A stretch of DNA of 64,000 nucleotides from Octopus bimaculoides (taxonomy: Eukaryota), in assembly GCF_001194135.2 (NCBI RefSeq), contig NC_068982.1:18605693-18669692 (forward strand), given 5' to 3'. Numbering within the stretch: the stretch's first letter is position 1; every line of letters starts with the position of its first letter. A program made the translations under genes and the position numbers. The notes under the pieces are model-generated. The model was not told where the DNA came from, ran no database searches, and was given only the letters and a program-made list of their open reading frames with translations. Shown one piece after another: positions 26,019 to 38,438 of the stretch.

Positions 26019-26388
26019 TCGGAGTGGCTGTGTGGTAAGTAGCTTGCCTACCAACCACATGTTTCCGGGTTCAGTCCCACTGCGTGGTACCTTGGGGCCG
26101 ACCAAAGTCTTGTGAGTGGATTTGATAGATGGAAACTGAAAGAAGCCCGTCGTATATATGTGTATATGTATGTTTGTGTATATGATTGCGTGTCTGTGTT
26201 TGCCTCCCTCCCCAACATCGCTTGACAACAGATGCTAGTGTGTTTACGTCCCCGTAACTTTGCCGTTCGGCAAGAAAGACCGATAGAATAATTACTAGGC
26301 TTCCAAAGAATAAATCGTGGGTTCGATTTCCTCGACTAAAGGTAGTGCTCCAGCATGGCCACAGTCAAATGACTGAAACAAGTAAAAG
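26019..26388 (+). mobile_element. SINE family B, full length (tRNA-derived head, internal microsatellite, LINE-like tail)
   Basis: A-box-like TGGCTGTGTGG, B-box-like GGGTTCAGTCCC, central GCTTGACAAC...CCCCGTAACTT, and tail GGTAGTGCTCCAGCATGGCCACAGTCAAATGACTGAAAC. Confidence 0.85.
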
Positions 26389-27060
26389 TGTATATATATA
26401 TATATATATATCTAGAGAGAGAGAATTATTATTAAAATCATAATTAAGGGTATCTAAAATATACCACCTTGCTAGAGATAGCAGTCAAAACTTGACTCTA
26501 AAACCATATCACGTATCCATACAGCACCAGGAGAAAAGACAAAGAGACAAATAAACTGGCAAAAAATTATTGGATAATCCCCGATCCGGAGCAATATGAT
26601 TATTGGCTTACTTTCATACTGCATACAATTCAAAATATTTATTTTATACTTTCTTACAATTTCATTTTAATATATTTTCGATAATATTATTCATGTCTAC
26701 GTGTGAATTTCCTGGGACATATTTATTGCACATAATTTAGATAAGTTTATCAAAATATCCATTGTTTAAAATGCCACACACCAGTATGTCATTCGTTCTA
26801 ATCTTGAGTTTCATTCCTTTGTTATGTACTTATCTTCTGTGTGTTTTTATATAGAAAAATGACACAGGTTGGTAAGAAACTCTGATCAATGAAGCTGTGA
26901 ACTATCTGCTTTGTAAGAATAGAATGAAGAGTCATATGCCTATATAAATATTAGAGGTAAACGACGCAAGATATTGGAACACGATGAAGTGACCTCTACA
27001 TCATCTAACTACAATATGGCATTCGTTTGCAAGAAATAATGGATCTCTTCCTCTTTTAGT

Positions 27061-27274
27061 AATACTGGTTTAAAATGTGGCACAGGGCCAGCGTTTCATG
27101 GGCTGGGTCAATCGATTAGATTTACGACAATGCTAAACTGTTGCATAATTTATCGACTCAGGGAGTATAAAAGGTAAAGTCGACATCAGTGGGATTTGAT
27201 CTTAGAACGCAAAGACGGACGAACTACCGCTCAGCACTTTGCCCCGTGTACTAACTATTCTGCTAGCTCACCGC
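27061..27274 (-). mobile_element. SINE family A copy
   Basis: Reverse complement reads GGTGAGCTAGCAGAATAGTTAG...CGTTCTAAGATCAAATCCCACTGATGTCGACTTTACC, homologous to the other family A copies. Confidence 0.8.
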
Positions 27275-28171
27275 TTTCTGCTTTAGCCATATTACAGAAT
27301 GTTTATGCTGAATTGTCTCATTGTGAGATGACTGAACTTACATTAAATTCAGGAAAGGGTATAATGGAGTAACGAAAACGGCGGAGTGTCTGTGGAAAAA
27401 ATACTCTGAGAAAAGAATGCTTACAGGGTAGAGACGAATATGCCGTCTAAATGAATGGAATCGTTTTTGTGTGTGGCACATTCTTCTGAAATATTTTACA
27501 GATGCTTACTTCATTTGGCATAAATATAATGGTGTAATGGGAAAAGTGAAGAAAAGGACAAAAATAAGACACATAAATACATCTTTACATTTGATAGAGA
27601 GCGCTAAATATGCAATCACAAATTTATTTCAGTATGAAAGTGAAACAGAATTAGTGATGTCAAATGTATCATATATTTGAAGACTTTTAACAGAGAAGTC
27701 AAATGTTTCGTCCAAATATATCATGTGCATGTATGCACGTATATATGTGCCACTGATTAGTTTTATTTCAAGATTTCTTGCGAATAGAGAAAGAATCGGT
27801 TTCGAATCTAGATTCAAGGGTCCTTCATTAGAATTTCAACATCAAGAACAGGGTATTTTGTTTGTATGTATGTCTGTATATGTACATATTTCTATGTTTT
27901 GTTTTATGTATGCATTTCCATGCTTATAATTGCATATCTAGACATGTTCATATATGTAGATGATAAATTTCTGGAAAATGTTACAAATTTTTACTGTTCA
28001 AGTGAGGGATTGGATCTGTAGACTTCGAATTATCCTTCTCCTTTTTGGCTTTCAGAAGCCTAGGATGTATGTATGTATGTATGTATGTATGTATGTATGT
28101 ATGTATGTATGTATGCATGCATGTATGTATGTATGTATGTATCTATGTATGCATGTATATATGTATGTATG

Positions 28172-29305
28172 TCTCTTCTCATATTTAATTATCATAGTCG
28201 TTCTACTGAGCAGGGAACCGGTCTCCAACGAAAATATAAGTCTTCACTTTGCGATGTAGTTAACACAGATAAATTCACATATGGAACTTGAGAAAAGTGT
28301 TGCATATTTTTACTGTTCCACTGACATGTTGCACTTATAATGTACGAATTAGGCGGTCGATTTCTTTGTCCGAAAGTGCAGTTTATCCAGATCCTCGTTT
28401 AAGCATTTACTAATGAACCCTAGTGTTCCAATTATTATTGGTATGTATATGAATTCATAGCCTGGATATAAAGCTGGAGGTTTCGAAGCAGTTGTCTACA
28501 GATATCTTCTTTTTCTTTGATTTTCAAGGAGATATTTATATCTGTAGGGCAGCTGACCTCTATGATGGTACATACCTTTACCTNNNNNNNNNNNNNNNNN
28601 NNNNNNNNNNNNNNNNNNNNNNNNNNNNNNNNNNNNNNNNNNNNNNNNNNNNNNNNNNNNNNNNNNNNNNNNNNNNNNNNNNNNNNNNNNNNNNNNNNNN
28701 NNNNNNNNNNNNNNNNNNNNNNNNNNNNNNNNNNNNNNNNNNNNNNNNNNNNNNNNNNNNNNNNNNNNNNNNNNNNNNNNNNNNNNNNNGGAGATATTTA
28801 TATCTGTAGGGCAGCTGACCTCTATGATGGTACATACCTTTACCTTTTTGTCCCAAACAACAATATCCAGCCTGTTATGCTTACATTTGACAGAAGTTTT
28901 GCCTTGAGTTGGTGTTTCTAAATGCGCTCCATAATAGAGGTATAGTCCTTTTAGCGGATGACATTGCAAATTGTTTTAGCAACAACATCGTTTTTCATAG
29001 GGAGGTAGTACCGTGACGACATTTTAGAACAGCTGATAATCACATGCGTGATATCTTCTACAGAAACATGACATGGCCTACTTATGCGTTTACAAATTCG
29101 TCTTACAAGAGCGCCACTGTCTCTGTTGTTCACCAGGTACTTTGTGGATATCATTTGTTCCTGGATTGCAAACACATATCTTTCAAAGTATGATGTGATT
29201 TAGTTGTCTTGTCGTCGTGTCAATTCTGCTGTTTTCTTCAAGCTTCCGGGCAACATACCCATGCACAGTAATTTTTTTTTGGTATGGTGAATGCTTTACA
29301 TTCAG
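28172..29305 (-). mobile_element. 5'-truncated R4/Dong-like non-LTR retrotransposon (zinc knuckle + restriction-like endonuclease)
   Basis: Translation VHGYVARKLEEN..ID, FAIQEQMISTKY, CHVSVEDITHVIISC (CCHC-like), HNRLDIVVWDK...IIEVSCP (RLE PD..D/E motif) and terminal GTVKICNTFLKF. It spans a gap with a duplicated flank. Confidence 0.85.
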
Positions 29306-30271
29306 ATTTGTATGTATGTATGCATGTATGTATGTATGTATGTACGTAAGTGTATAGGTATTGTCAGTCAGGTTGGTAATATTGTGCCTGAAGAAGTTTA
29401 ATTAAAATTTGCAACTTACTTGTGGAGATAAAAGCCAAATATTGTAGCAATTAATACCCATCCACAAAGATAACGGGATAACGTGTCAAGGTACTAAGAT
29501 TTAATTTGATATCAAATATAATTGTCAGGTGTAATGGTTAATCAGACGTTCTTCAGGTGGAAATGTGACAGCTACAGAAACGGTACTGACATAGACTCAT
29601 ACGGTCAACATTGTATTCTCACCTCTGCTTTCATTTTGCATGAAGGAAACGTTTTCTTCACCATATAAATAGAATAATTTGACGTAGTAGGCACAGGGGA
29701 GTACCGCTATTATTTATGTATTCAATGCTACCTTTGAAAACCATATGTTATGTTTTTAATAGTATCAATTGAAGATAATTGAGCATTGCTTTGCTAAAAT
29801 GTAATTTGAATCAAGAAATTACCATAATGAAAATTATTGATTAATAACCACCTACGTTGACGCAAGTTAGTCAATATGAATGTATTCCTAGCATCGAAAT
29901 GTAATGGAGGTTACATAGATACATTTACAAAATGTTATGTATTTTAGCTAAAGGCTTCCTGATTACCAAACTCTTATAAGAAGGAGGGTAGAAATTAGGA
30001 AATATACAGACGTTTTATTTATAAATAATAGAACGTGAAGTTATTGTAACGATATTGTTCTGTGTTTCCATTATGTAGGAATAGTATACTAATAACACCG
30101 CAAAGTTTTCCTTTTGGAACTCGTCAATTAAATTATTTTAATTGAGCATTCAATGAATACCTCATGGAATAATAAATAAACGTATAATGTTCTGCCCACA
30201 TAAGATTATGACAGATGCCCCCAGTAGAAAATACACGGCATACACTCACACAAACACATAACCTTCATATG

Positions 30272-30304
<33 letters not shown>

Positions 30305-30499
30305 ATCTATCTATTGATGGATAAATAGATAAATAGATAGATATGTAGATAGAAACATAGATAGATGGATAGATAGATAGATAGACAGATAGATAGATAA
30401 ATAGACTGACTGATAGTTAGACGTAGATATCTTGTTGTGTCTTAGAAGTGGTATTATGCCAATAATGAAAACACATGCAGATAGATAAATAAATAGATC

Positions 30500-30540
<41 letters not shown>

Positions 30541-32242
30541 AGTATAGAAAATTTTCACTTTAAATTTGACGTATGGGAAGTTGACAATTGTCCCCTGTTT
30601 AACATGGTCTCAATTAGCAACAGCGAATGTAACATGTAATAAACTCGTAATATACAGTTTTATAGTATTCAATTTACCGTATGCAAAGAAGATAGAGAAA
30701 AACAAGGAAAGAGAAATGACTGGTAACATGAACGTAGTTTAAAAAAAACAAACAAAAAAAAAACAATGGTGAATATTTTGTACCTCGGCGTCGTAAATAT
30801 ATCGTTGGCAAAAGGGCATGTACAGAAATGTAATTTATATTAAACTGAGCAAATATATGTACGCATAAAAAAAAGACAAATAACGAATCAAGTTCAATGA
30901 TTGTGTCTCGTAACTGCTAAGAAATACTAATATTGTTATAACAAATCGGCTATACCAAGTTACTGCCATAGTTATTCTATTGTCAATTATTTTAATTCAT
31001 TCCGTTAAATGCCTCTTGGAAAAAAGCGAATGCAAAGTAAATATAAGTAGACTTGAGGAAATAGGTGTAAAATTGTGTCACGTTTCCTTAGTGCACTTAA
31101 TCTTTTTCATGTTGTTATTTCTTTATTTTATTTTATTTTAGTTGAGCTGTGTTTTAGTCGTGATTGTTTATGCGATGCAAAATCGAGTTATCATTATTTT
31201 TTTTCCTATTGTTTTGTTTATGTGAATATTGTATGTTATCATCACACCATGTTATTTTTATAAACAATATCTATTCAATCAATACAAAGATGTTATAAAA
31301 TAAATATTAGCTACACTTATTGGAGCCTGAATTATATCCCTATCATCTACTTAACGACTCAGTGTTGATACGGATTCAGTTATTTTGATTGGTTATATTT
31401 ATTAGGTAATTTTAATTTACTTTATTTCCTGTTTCCTTAGGGAGCGTTTTATTTTTCACTCTATAATTTGTTATCTAGTCCGGAACTGTCTTAGTTATAA
31501 ACAGTATTTTATTTATTGTTAATGTGATTTCATTTGTTTACAGAATCCTATATACTGTAAATTACATGTCTTCAGTACATAATAGAGCTATATATCTGTT
31601 TATTCTTTGTATGTGAAAAACTGTTGTTTTGGCTATATGTTTTTTTGTGTCCGTTTTGATTATTGCTGTTGCTGCTATTATTATCGCAATGTCTCCGAGT
31701 TCAATCCCATAATTCTGCATCTGTGTATGTTCAGTTTTCTCAAAATAGATACGTCGATTTTGAGTCATCATTTTATCTGGACGTTCTTATTCAAAAATAT
31801 CTGGACGTCTGTTTTTATTCGACCTGAAGCTAATCTCTGATAACCTGAAAGCCCTATGATGAACTTCTCTATAAGTACTTCGTTTTATTCAATGCTTTCT
31901 AGTAGAAGAACACTCTTAAGTGCTCTTTGTATTCACAGGACTGCCAGAAAAAGCACAGTAGATTGACACTTTGCAGTTCTCATATAACTTTAATATATTT
32001 CCCTCTCTTTTACTCTTTTCATATCCCTCTACCTTTCTTTAATCATACCCTTCTAGATTGGAAATAAGAAAACTTTATTCCTGTGTAGTAAATGTGCAGA
32101 CGTTCTCTCCTGTAAACGCGACGTTAACAGTTACTGATAATATGGTTACTGCTTTTGATTATTCACTACCTTGTTAATCACATTGCATGATAAATAGTGT
32201 ATTCTCTCGAGATGTTAAATGTATAGGACATAGTTATAAATT

Positions 32243-32437
32243 ATGCAGTGGCATGGAAGCATAATAATCCTCACGCTTGCGATTATATCCTTTCTCGTTG
32301 AATTGAGAAGTAAGTTTCAGACTTGTATTAAGAATTGTGATCATTTTAATGCCGGTTGTCATTTTAGCTGTTCCTATAAATATGGAATTTCACAAGCTGT
32401 AATTTATTGTGCCAGTTTATGTAACAAATACAAATGA
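32243..32437 (+). CDS. Candidate small secreted cysteine-rich peptide (64 aa), or the signal-peptide exon of a larger gene
   Basis: MQWHGSIIILTLAIISFLVELRSKFQTCIKNCDHFNAGCHFSCSYKYGISQAVIYCASLCNKYK*. It has a 13-residue hydrophobic core and C-x3-C-x6-C-x3-C-x12-C-x3-C. A GTAAGT donor-like site at 32310 falls in phase 1 just after the hydrophobic segment. No homologue recognised. Confidence 0.35.
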   Translation: MQWHGSIIILTLAIISFLVELRSKFQTCIKNCDHFNAGCHFSCSYKYGISQAVIYCASLCNKYK

Positions 32438-32547
32438 ATTTTCTGTATTTCAAATCTAGGCAGCCTATACAGGTTTCGTTTGCATGTTTACCACTGTTTA
32501 TTTTGAAATGATTATATTAGCTATAATCGATGTTATTTGTGCTGGAT

Positions 32548-32670
32548 AATACGCTTAGTAACAATTCTTTCGATTTTACGTTCTGAGTTCAAATGCAGCA
32601 GCATACGACTTTGCATTTCAACGTTTTGGGGTTCATAAAATAGACACTAGTCAAATACTGGAGTCAACAT
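32548..32670 (+). mobile_element. SINE family A copy (decayed)
   Basis: TTTACGTTCTGAGTTCAAAT...CGACTTTGCATTTCAACGTTTTGGGGTTCATAAAATA matches the family core. Confidence 0.7.
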
Positions 32671-32717
32671 ACATTAACTTGCTCCTCCTACAAAATTGTC
32701 AGCGTTGTTCCAACACA

Positions 32718-32776
<59 letters not shown>

Positions 32777-33320
32777 GAATGATAGGGCAGTGCATGCCAT
32801 CAAAGTGACACTGGGGTAAAATATACGAAGCCCAATATACCCATCATGATTACCCGTCTGATAAGTGTACACCAGGCACATGCATCACAACCATATGTGC
32901 GCGATATGGTGATTTCATATCAAGATAAACAGCGCATGACCTCGCACTTAGAATTTTCTTCAGGTCAAGTTGCCCATCCCACTCAAGAGGTCCCTGAATA
33001 AGGTTTGTTTAAGGATGTTGAGCAAAACACCCATGTTTCCAAAGGTGAATTATTCAAACTCCAAAGAATTCCTCTCAACACATGGCTATGATGCTCCCCC
33101 ACTACTTCTGCTCATGATCAGAGATGCACATATCGTCAACCACCAAGGCACATGCTCAACTGGTCAAGGTCAAACAACTGACAAGCAAATCTTTGGTATT
33201 CAGCAGAATATTTCCTGTAGACCATCTTTTATACCAAGACAAAACAATATACATAACACTTCCAATCAATTAAGATCAGAAGCCATGAGAGCCACTGCCT
33301 AGTACTGCATCCGGGTATAA
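32777..33320 (-). mobile_element. Non-coding interspersed repeat of about 545 bp with an (AAT)n tail (non-autonomous retroelement)
   Basis: On the minus strand it ends ...GCATGCACTGCCCTATCATTC-(AAT)n. A partial second copy lies at about 36522-36625 (CTGTGGTATTGACCAGAACATTTGC...CATCTTTTATAC.AAGACAAAAC). No ORF recognised. Confidence 0.7.
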
Positions 33321-33326
33321 TTAACG

Positions 33327-33377
33327 TTCCCATGCTGAGAATTGAACCCGGGCTGCCTGGGTGAAATCCAGGAATTC
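33327..33377 (-). pseudogene. 5'-truncated tRNA-Glu(UUC) copy
   Basis: Minus strand GAATTCCTGGATTTCACCCAGGCAGCCCGGGTTCAATTCTCAGCATGGGAA. It has anticodon stem CCTGG/CCAGG with TTC, a T-arm, and a 3' acceptor strand ending ATGGGAA. About 43/51 identity to the metazoan tRNA-Glu-TTC sequence as recalled from memory. The D-arm and 5' acceptor strand are missing. Confidence 0.8.
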
Positions 33378-35201
33378 TTCTTCTTCTTCTTCTTCTTCTT
33401 CTTATTATTATTATTATATTATTATTGTTGTTGTTGTTGTTGTTGTTACTATTATCATTATTAAATTTCACAGTGCTCCACTCTACCTTTCATTCTTTCG
33501 GGCTCAATAAAATACGTTCCAATTCGATGTAATAAACTTACCTTCTTCACTGAAGTTGCTGACTTTGTACCAACATTTGAAGTCATTGTTGATATTGTTG
33601 TTGATGTTGAGGGCGTTTTTCCTTTTCATGTCTTGGTTGCTGATTTTCGTTTATATTGCCGCTGTCGTAGTTCGTGTTGCTGATTTCTTGTCCATTCCGT
33701 TTTTTTTGGCTCCATTTATAGATAATTTGTCTTATGTTAAAAGAATTGAATTATTTTAAACTGATGTCATATTTACCCACAGAGACAGAACGACAAACGC
33801 ACACTCATTCACACAGACATACACAAGATTTGCTCCACATCTTCTCTAGTAGCCGAGTTTCAACAAAAAAAGTTTGAAAAAAACACACGTCCAGGTTTAG
33901 ATTTCTTACAGAACTCTCTAGTAACTGAAAAAAAATCTATCAAAGGCCTTAAATTCTAGCGTTTTTACAAATCATCTCACAATAAGAAGGACAAGAAGTA
34001 ATATATTTACGCTTTGCCACTTGCATGAGTATTTTCACCAATGAGCAATCGCGTATAGCTAACGCTGACCCAATGAAGGGAGTTACTTCTGTTAGGAGAA
34101 GTTGAGGATATGACAAAATAACGTTCACATAAAAAAATCTAGGCTGGGGATTAAAATGCACACCTCTTAATTTGGTTACACAACGGTATGGATCAAAGTA
34201 GCATATGATTTGCCATTAAAGACATAATATGTGACCCTGTTTTGCAATTATTCTCGTGTTGCAATTTGGGTAAGTTTTCAGCGTCTATGTAATTATATGT
34301 CATGTGAATTTGGCTTGGATTATCACAGTATAGAGTAGCTTCTTATTTCTCATAAGCACAAAGAATTTCAAAACAGTACAATGCAATGTATATCGAAAGG
34401 AGTTATTTATACTGCTGATATAGTGTCAAATGCTACCCTTAGGAGATTAAGATTGTTTTATGAGGTTACACTCCAGAAGATGTGTAAAAAAAAAGAAAAA
34501 AGAAAAAAAACCCAAAACAACTATAGATCAAAGGGACTAGTTTTCAATGTACAAATGTGTTGATGCCCGAGAAAATCGCCTCATTGTTTATTTTTGGACT
34601 TAACCAGGAGCTTGACAAACTCTCTCAAAGCCGCATCCGACATTAAAATTGGACGTCAGAAATTGCGATACATCAAAAGAATCTACAACAGCAAACACCA
34701 TTGATTGCAACTGGACAAAGGAACGATATACTTGCCTACCGTTAACGCTGTAGGAGAGTGATAACACTAAGCCTCATCTCAGCAATACCGCAACATCATT
34801 GAAAAACATATGCAGCTAACGGGAACCATAGGAAAGAAAAAAGAAAACAAAGCACAAACAAGTGAAGGAATGAACAAATATCAGAGATCAACTATATTAG
34901 AAATTTTCAAGAACGGTGCAGGTCAATGTTAAACTTCGCTGCTTGTGTAAATACACAATCATCGATAAAAACAACACGAAATGGTTTACTTAAAGAATGA
35001 GCTATAGGAGATACGCCATCCAAATACATGGATCGATGATGATTTGTTTGTTCATAACTTCCCGCAAAATAGATGCGGAATAGACAGAATATGATGCAAG
35101 GTGACCTTGTTGTAAGGTGATTTGACACAGCCTGTTCAGTGGGTTTTCGCCCGTATATGGCGGCATAATAATGATTTTTGATGTCGTTGACGTTGTTATC
35201 G

Positions 35202-35237
<36 letters not shown>

Positions 35238-36334
35238 CCATCATCATATTAAAGTTGTTATTGCTACCATTACCATATCGTTTTCGCTGCATAAAGCAAA
35301 ATCTACTCAGTTTTCAAAGGAATTGGCTACCTGAATGAATCGTTCTAGTCACACGGTTAGTCACTGATTAGTTAGGTTTAATGTATCTTATGCCTGTGGT
35401 ATCACAGGGTAAATCGCTAAAGTAAATGGAGGTACTGAATAGTTTCCTTTTTTTTAACTGAAACACGAACATTCTGTGTCGATTTCTGCTTGCAGGCATC
35501 CACCTAAATGCGTTAATACGTCAGACACGTCAAGCTTTGAAGATGACCAGTGAAGTTTTAGCCATGCATTTCGTCAGGCCAGCACTTGGGTAACTTGAGA
35601 TTCTATCTTAGTCATCCGTCAACCAGCTGCTGCGGATTTTAGATGTGCAGACATGATTGGCCCTTGTCAGGCACAGTCTCATAAAAATATTTTTCTGACG
35701 CTGCTGCAGTTTTTGATAAGACGACGACCAAAACCGAACGTCTGGCTTTCCAGACGCATTTCAGCGGTTTTTTGTTCCCAGTCCTCTAATAGTAAGACGG
35801 TTGGGCTTAAACAACTCATATGTTCGTATTTTATATCGACCTTATTAGTAGGAAACTGAGAATAAGAACACGGGTATCTTTTAGCGACGAAACTCTCTAT
35901 TCTACTTTCTCTGCTTATATATGTCTTTCTTTTCGAAGACTAGAAGTGACTTGCAGTGTTCTCTAGTCCGATACTGCTATGAATAGGGTCCTGTTTTCAG
36001 CAAACTCACCATTCATGGAATTTCCATCAACTACGACTTCCCTAAATGAATAGACTCTTCTGCGGTTATTTACTCAATGGCCACTCTTTGCTGGGTAACG
36101 ACAGTTTCGAAACACCTGTAAGTCCACGCAAGTATAATCTAGATATCGGCCGATTCTATCGAGTAGCTCATCGGCTTATTTTGTTTAGAAATGCAGCTTC
36201 ACTTTCTGCAGTGGCTCTGGTGAAAAACTACGGATAATTAAGCAGCATAAAGGAGCATACTATCTATCAACGAAGGTTATGCATGTGTTTGTGTATGTAT
36301 GTGTGTGTGCATGTATGCATGCTCGTGTGTACGT

Positions 36335-36510
36335 GTTTGTGTGTTTGTCCCTCCCCACTGCTTGACAATCGGTGTCGGTGTGTTTACATCCCCGTAACTT
36401 AGCGGTTCGGCATACACATTGACAGAATAAATACCAGGCTTAAAAGAAGAGTACTGGGGTTGATTCATTAGACCAAAAATTACTCAAGGGGATTCCCCAG
36501 TATGGCAAGA
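36335..36510 (+). mobile_element. SINE family B, 3' half
   Basis: GCTTGACAATCGGTGTCGGTGTGTTTACATCCCCGTAACTTAGCGGTTCGGCA...CCCCAGTATGGC matches 26220-26360. Confidence 0.8.
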
Positions 36511-36639
36511 ACAAGACACACCTGTGGTATTGACCAGAACATTTGCTTTAGATCATCTTTTATACGAAGACAAAACGTACAAGATAACACATCAAAACGT
36601 GACAATCAAATCTGTGGTATTGCGTTATTATTATTATCA

Positions 36640-36706
<67 letters not shown>

Positions 36707-36731
36707 TATTATTATTATTAGTAGTAGTATG

Positions 36732-36916
36732 GAGTATCCTGATTTAGAAATTGCATGTGGTATGAACAGGATTAATAAATTCTGAATGCTATTAGTTGTA
36801 GGAGAAATCATCTTTTTTCGCATAAAAATGTCAATCGGCCAAGGAAGGAGAAAGGAATATAAATGTATTATCGTGAAAGTAATTCTCTACTATCATAAAA
36901 TCAATTCTGTAATCAT
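36732..36916. repeat. Diverged direct duplication of about 180 bp, copy 1 (copy 2 at 38450-38612)
   Basis: GAGTATCCTGATTTA.AAATTGCATGTGGTAT...AAGGAAGGAGAAAGGAATATAAATGTAT...ATCATAAAATCAATTCT is shared. Copy 2 lacks about 17 nt and 3 nt. Confidence 0.9.
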
Positions 36917-37390
36917 CTCACCTATTCTTGTAAATATTTCACTCCATTGTGAACAGCATTTCACCGAGAGCTGGTTATGTTAATAAACGTATAATTCTGT
37001 TTGTCATTGCTGTACGTACTTAATCTTCAATCAATTAAATTGACAGAATATATACCCCAAGTGTTTATCTACAATCTATTTCACACTGTTACATATATAA
37101 CTTTTGTAATATAAATACAGGTGTCATTTTGCTTGTGGATACAAATCTAATAATGACATTTGTTATTTCAATGTGATTAAAATCGACGAACTTACGAGAT
37201 ATTGCAGAAGTTTCATTTATATTTCATATTATATAGCCTTGATAACAGTATTTTATGTCGTATATTTCAAATTTTAATAGCATACATTTAGCTGCATTCA
37301 ATATTATAAATATATCTAGCGTATTGATTGTAATACACATGATTGTGAACCTAGTTAGTAATTGCGTAAATTTTTGTCACTTTTAAAAAT

Positions 37391-37595
37391 TGTTTTCAAC
37401 TTTTGGCAGAAGGTTATCAATCTCACGGGAGGGGGTGAGTCGATTAGAATAAGTACTTGACTGGTATTTATTTTATTGACTAGGAAGTATGAAAGGCAAA
37501 CTCGATGTCAACGGAATTTGAACGCAGAACGTGATGACGGGCGAAACGCTACTAAACATTATACCCAGTGTACTAATTATTCTGCCAGCTCTTCG
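37391..37595 (-). mobile_element. SINE family A copy
   Basis: Reverse complement reads GAGCTGGCAGAATAATTAG...CGTTCTGCGTTCAAATTCCGTTGACATCGAGTTTGCCTTTCATAC...AAATACCAG. Confidence 0.8.
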
Positions 37596-37710
37596 TTTGC
37601 GATGCTTTTTTCAAAACATAAACAGATTGTGATAAAAAATACACGCTGTTTAGATATCTTCTTCCATCGCTGCTCTTCCCATAAAAAAAAAACAATAAAT
37701 GCGCCATTTT

Positions 37711-37948
37711 AAAGCCTAGTAAGGGTCATGGGCCCGGTTTCAATGGCGCATGCATTCTGCAGCTGGACGGGACGTCAGTCCATCGCAGCGTTACTCATTT
37801 TTGCCAGCTGAGTGGACTGGAGTGGACTGAGTGGACTGGAGCAACGCGAAATGAAGTGTCTTGCTCAAGAACATGATGCGTCTCCGGTCCAGGAATCGAA
37901 ACCATAATCTTACAATCATGGTGCTGACACCCTAACTACTAAGCCACA
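37711..37948 (-). mobile_element. SINE family C (tRNA-derived head)
   Basis: Minus strand GTGGCTTAGTAGTTAGGG (A box) and GGTTTCGATTCC (B box), followed by CTTGAGCAAGACACTT...CAGTCCACTCAGCTGGCAAAAATGAGTA. Confidence 0.85.
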
Positions 37949-38139
37949 GAGATGTTAATTAATAATTATAGCCGTATGAGCTACTTTACCAGGTGAAAAC
38001 AGAAAAAAAACTTAGCATTTTCGTTTAGGAGAAATGGCTTACACCATTTATACATGTACATATACGTACATGCATACATACATACATACATAAATACATA
38101 CTTACAAACATACATATATATACATACACACATGACTGA

Positions 38140-38438
38140 GACCCCCTTCGTTTATGACTGACCATGGGATTGCACCTAGAAAGTTACCCACCCAAGCACA
38201 AGTTCGGGCAAGGTTGTTTATAGAAGACCAGCAGTCGCCTATACATGCCGGCCTCCCCCTCTCCACGCCACCAGTGAAATCCAAGGGAAATGCAAAGGCC
38301 GATACAGCTTGGCACCTGTGACGTCACAAGTCATTTCTACAGCTGAGTGAACTGGAACAACGTGAAATAAAGTGTCTTGCTCAAGACCGGGATTCTAACT
38401 CTCAACCTCACAGTCGTAAGCTCGACGCTCTAACCACT
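38140..38438 (-). mobile_element. SINE family D (head related to family C, different body and tail)
   Basis: Minus strand AGTGGTTAGAGCGTCGAGCTTACGACTGTGAGGTTG...CTTGAGCAAGACACTTTATTTCACGTTG...CTCAGCTGTAGAAATG, with tail ...GCAATCCCATGGTCAGTCATAAACGAAGGGGGT. Confidence 0.8.

Noticed and set aside
27790-27835. Minus-strand CTAATGA...GAATCTAGATTCGAAAC hammerhead-like motif
   Set aside because: G5 is substituted, there is no valid cleavage triplet and stem I is weak.
28528-28845. 56-bp direct repeat flanking an N gap (28528-28583 = 28790-28845)
   Set aside because: An identical sequence on both sides of a gap is a typical unmerged contig overlap, not a TSD.
34907-35160. Minus-strand ORFs that look exon-like
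   Set aside because: No recognisable domain or convincing splice sites.
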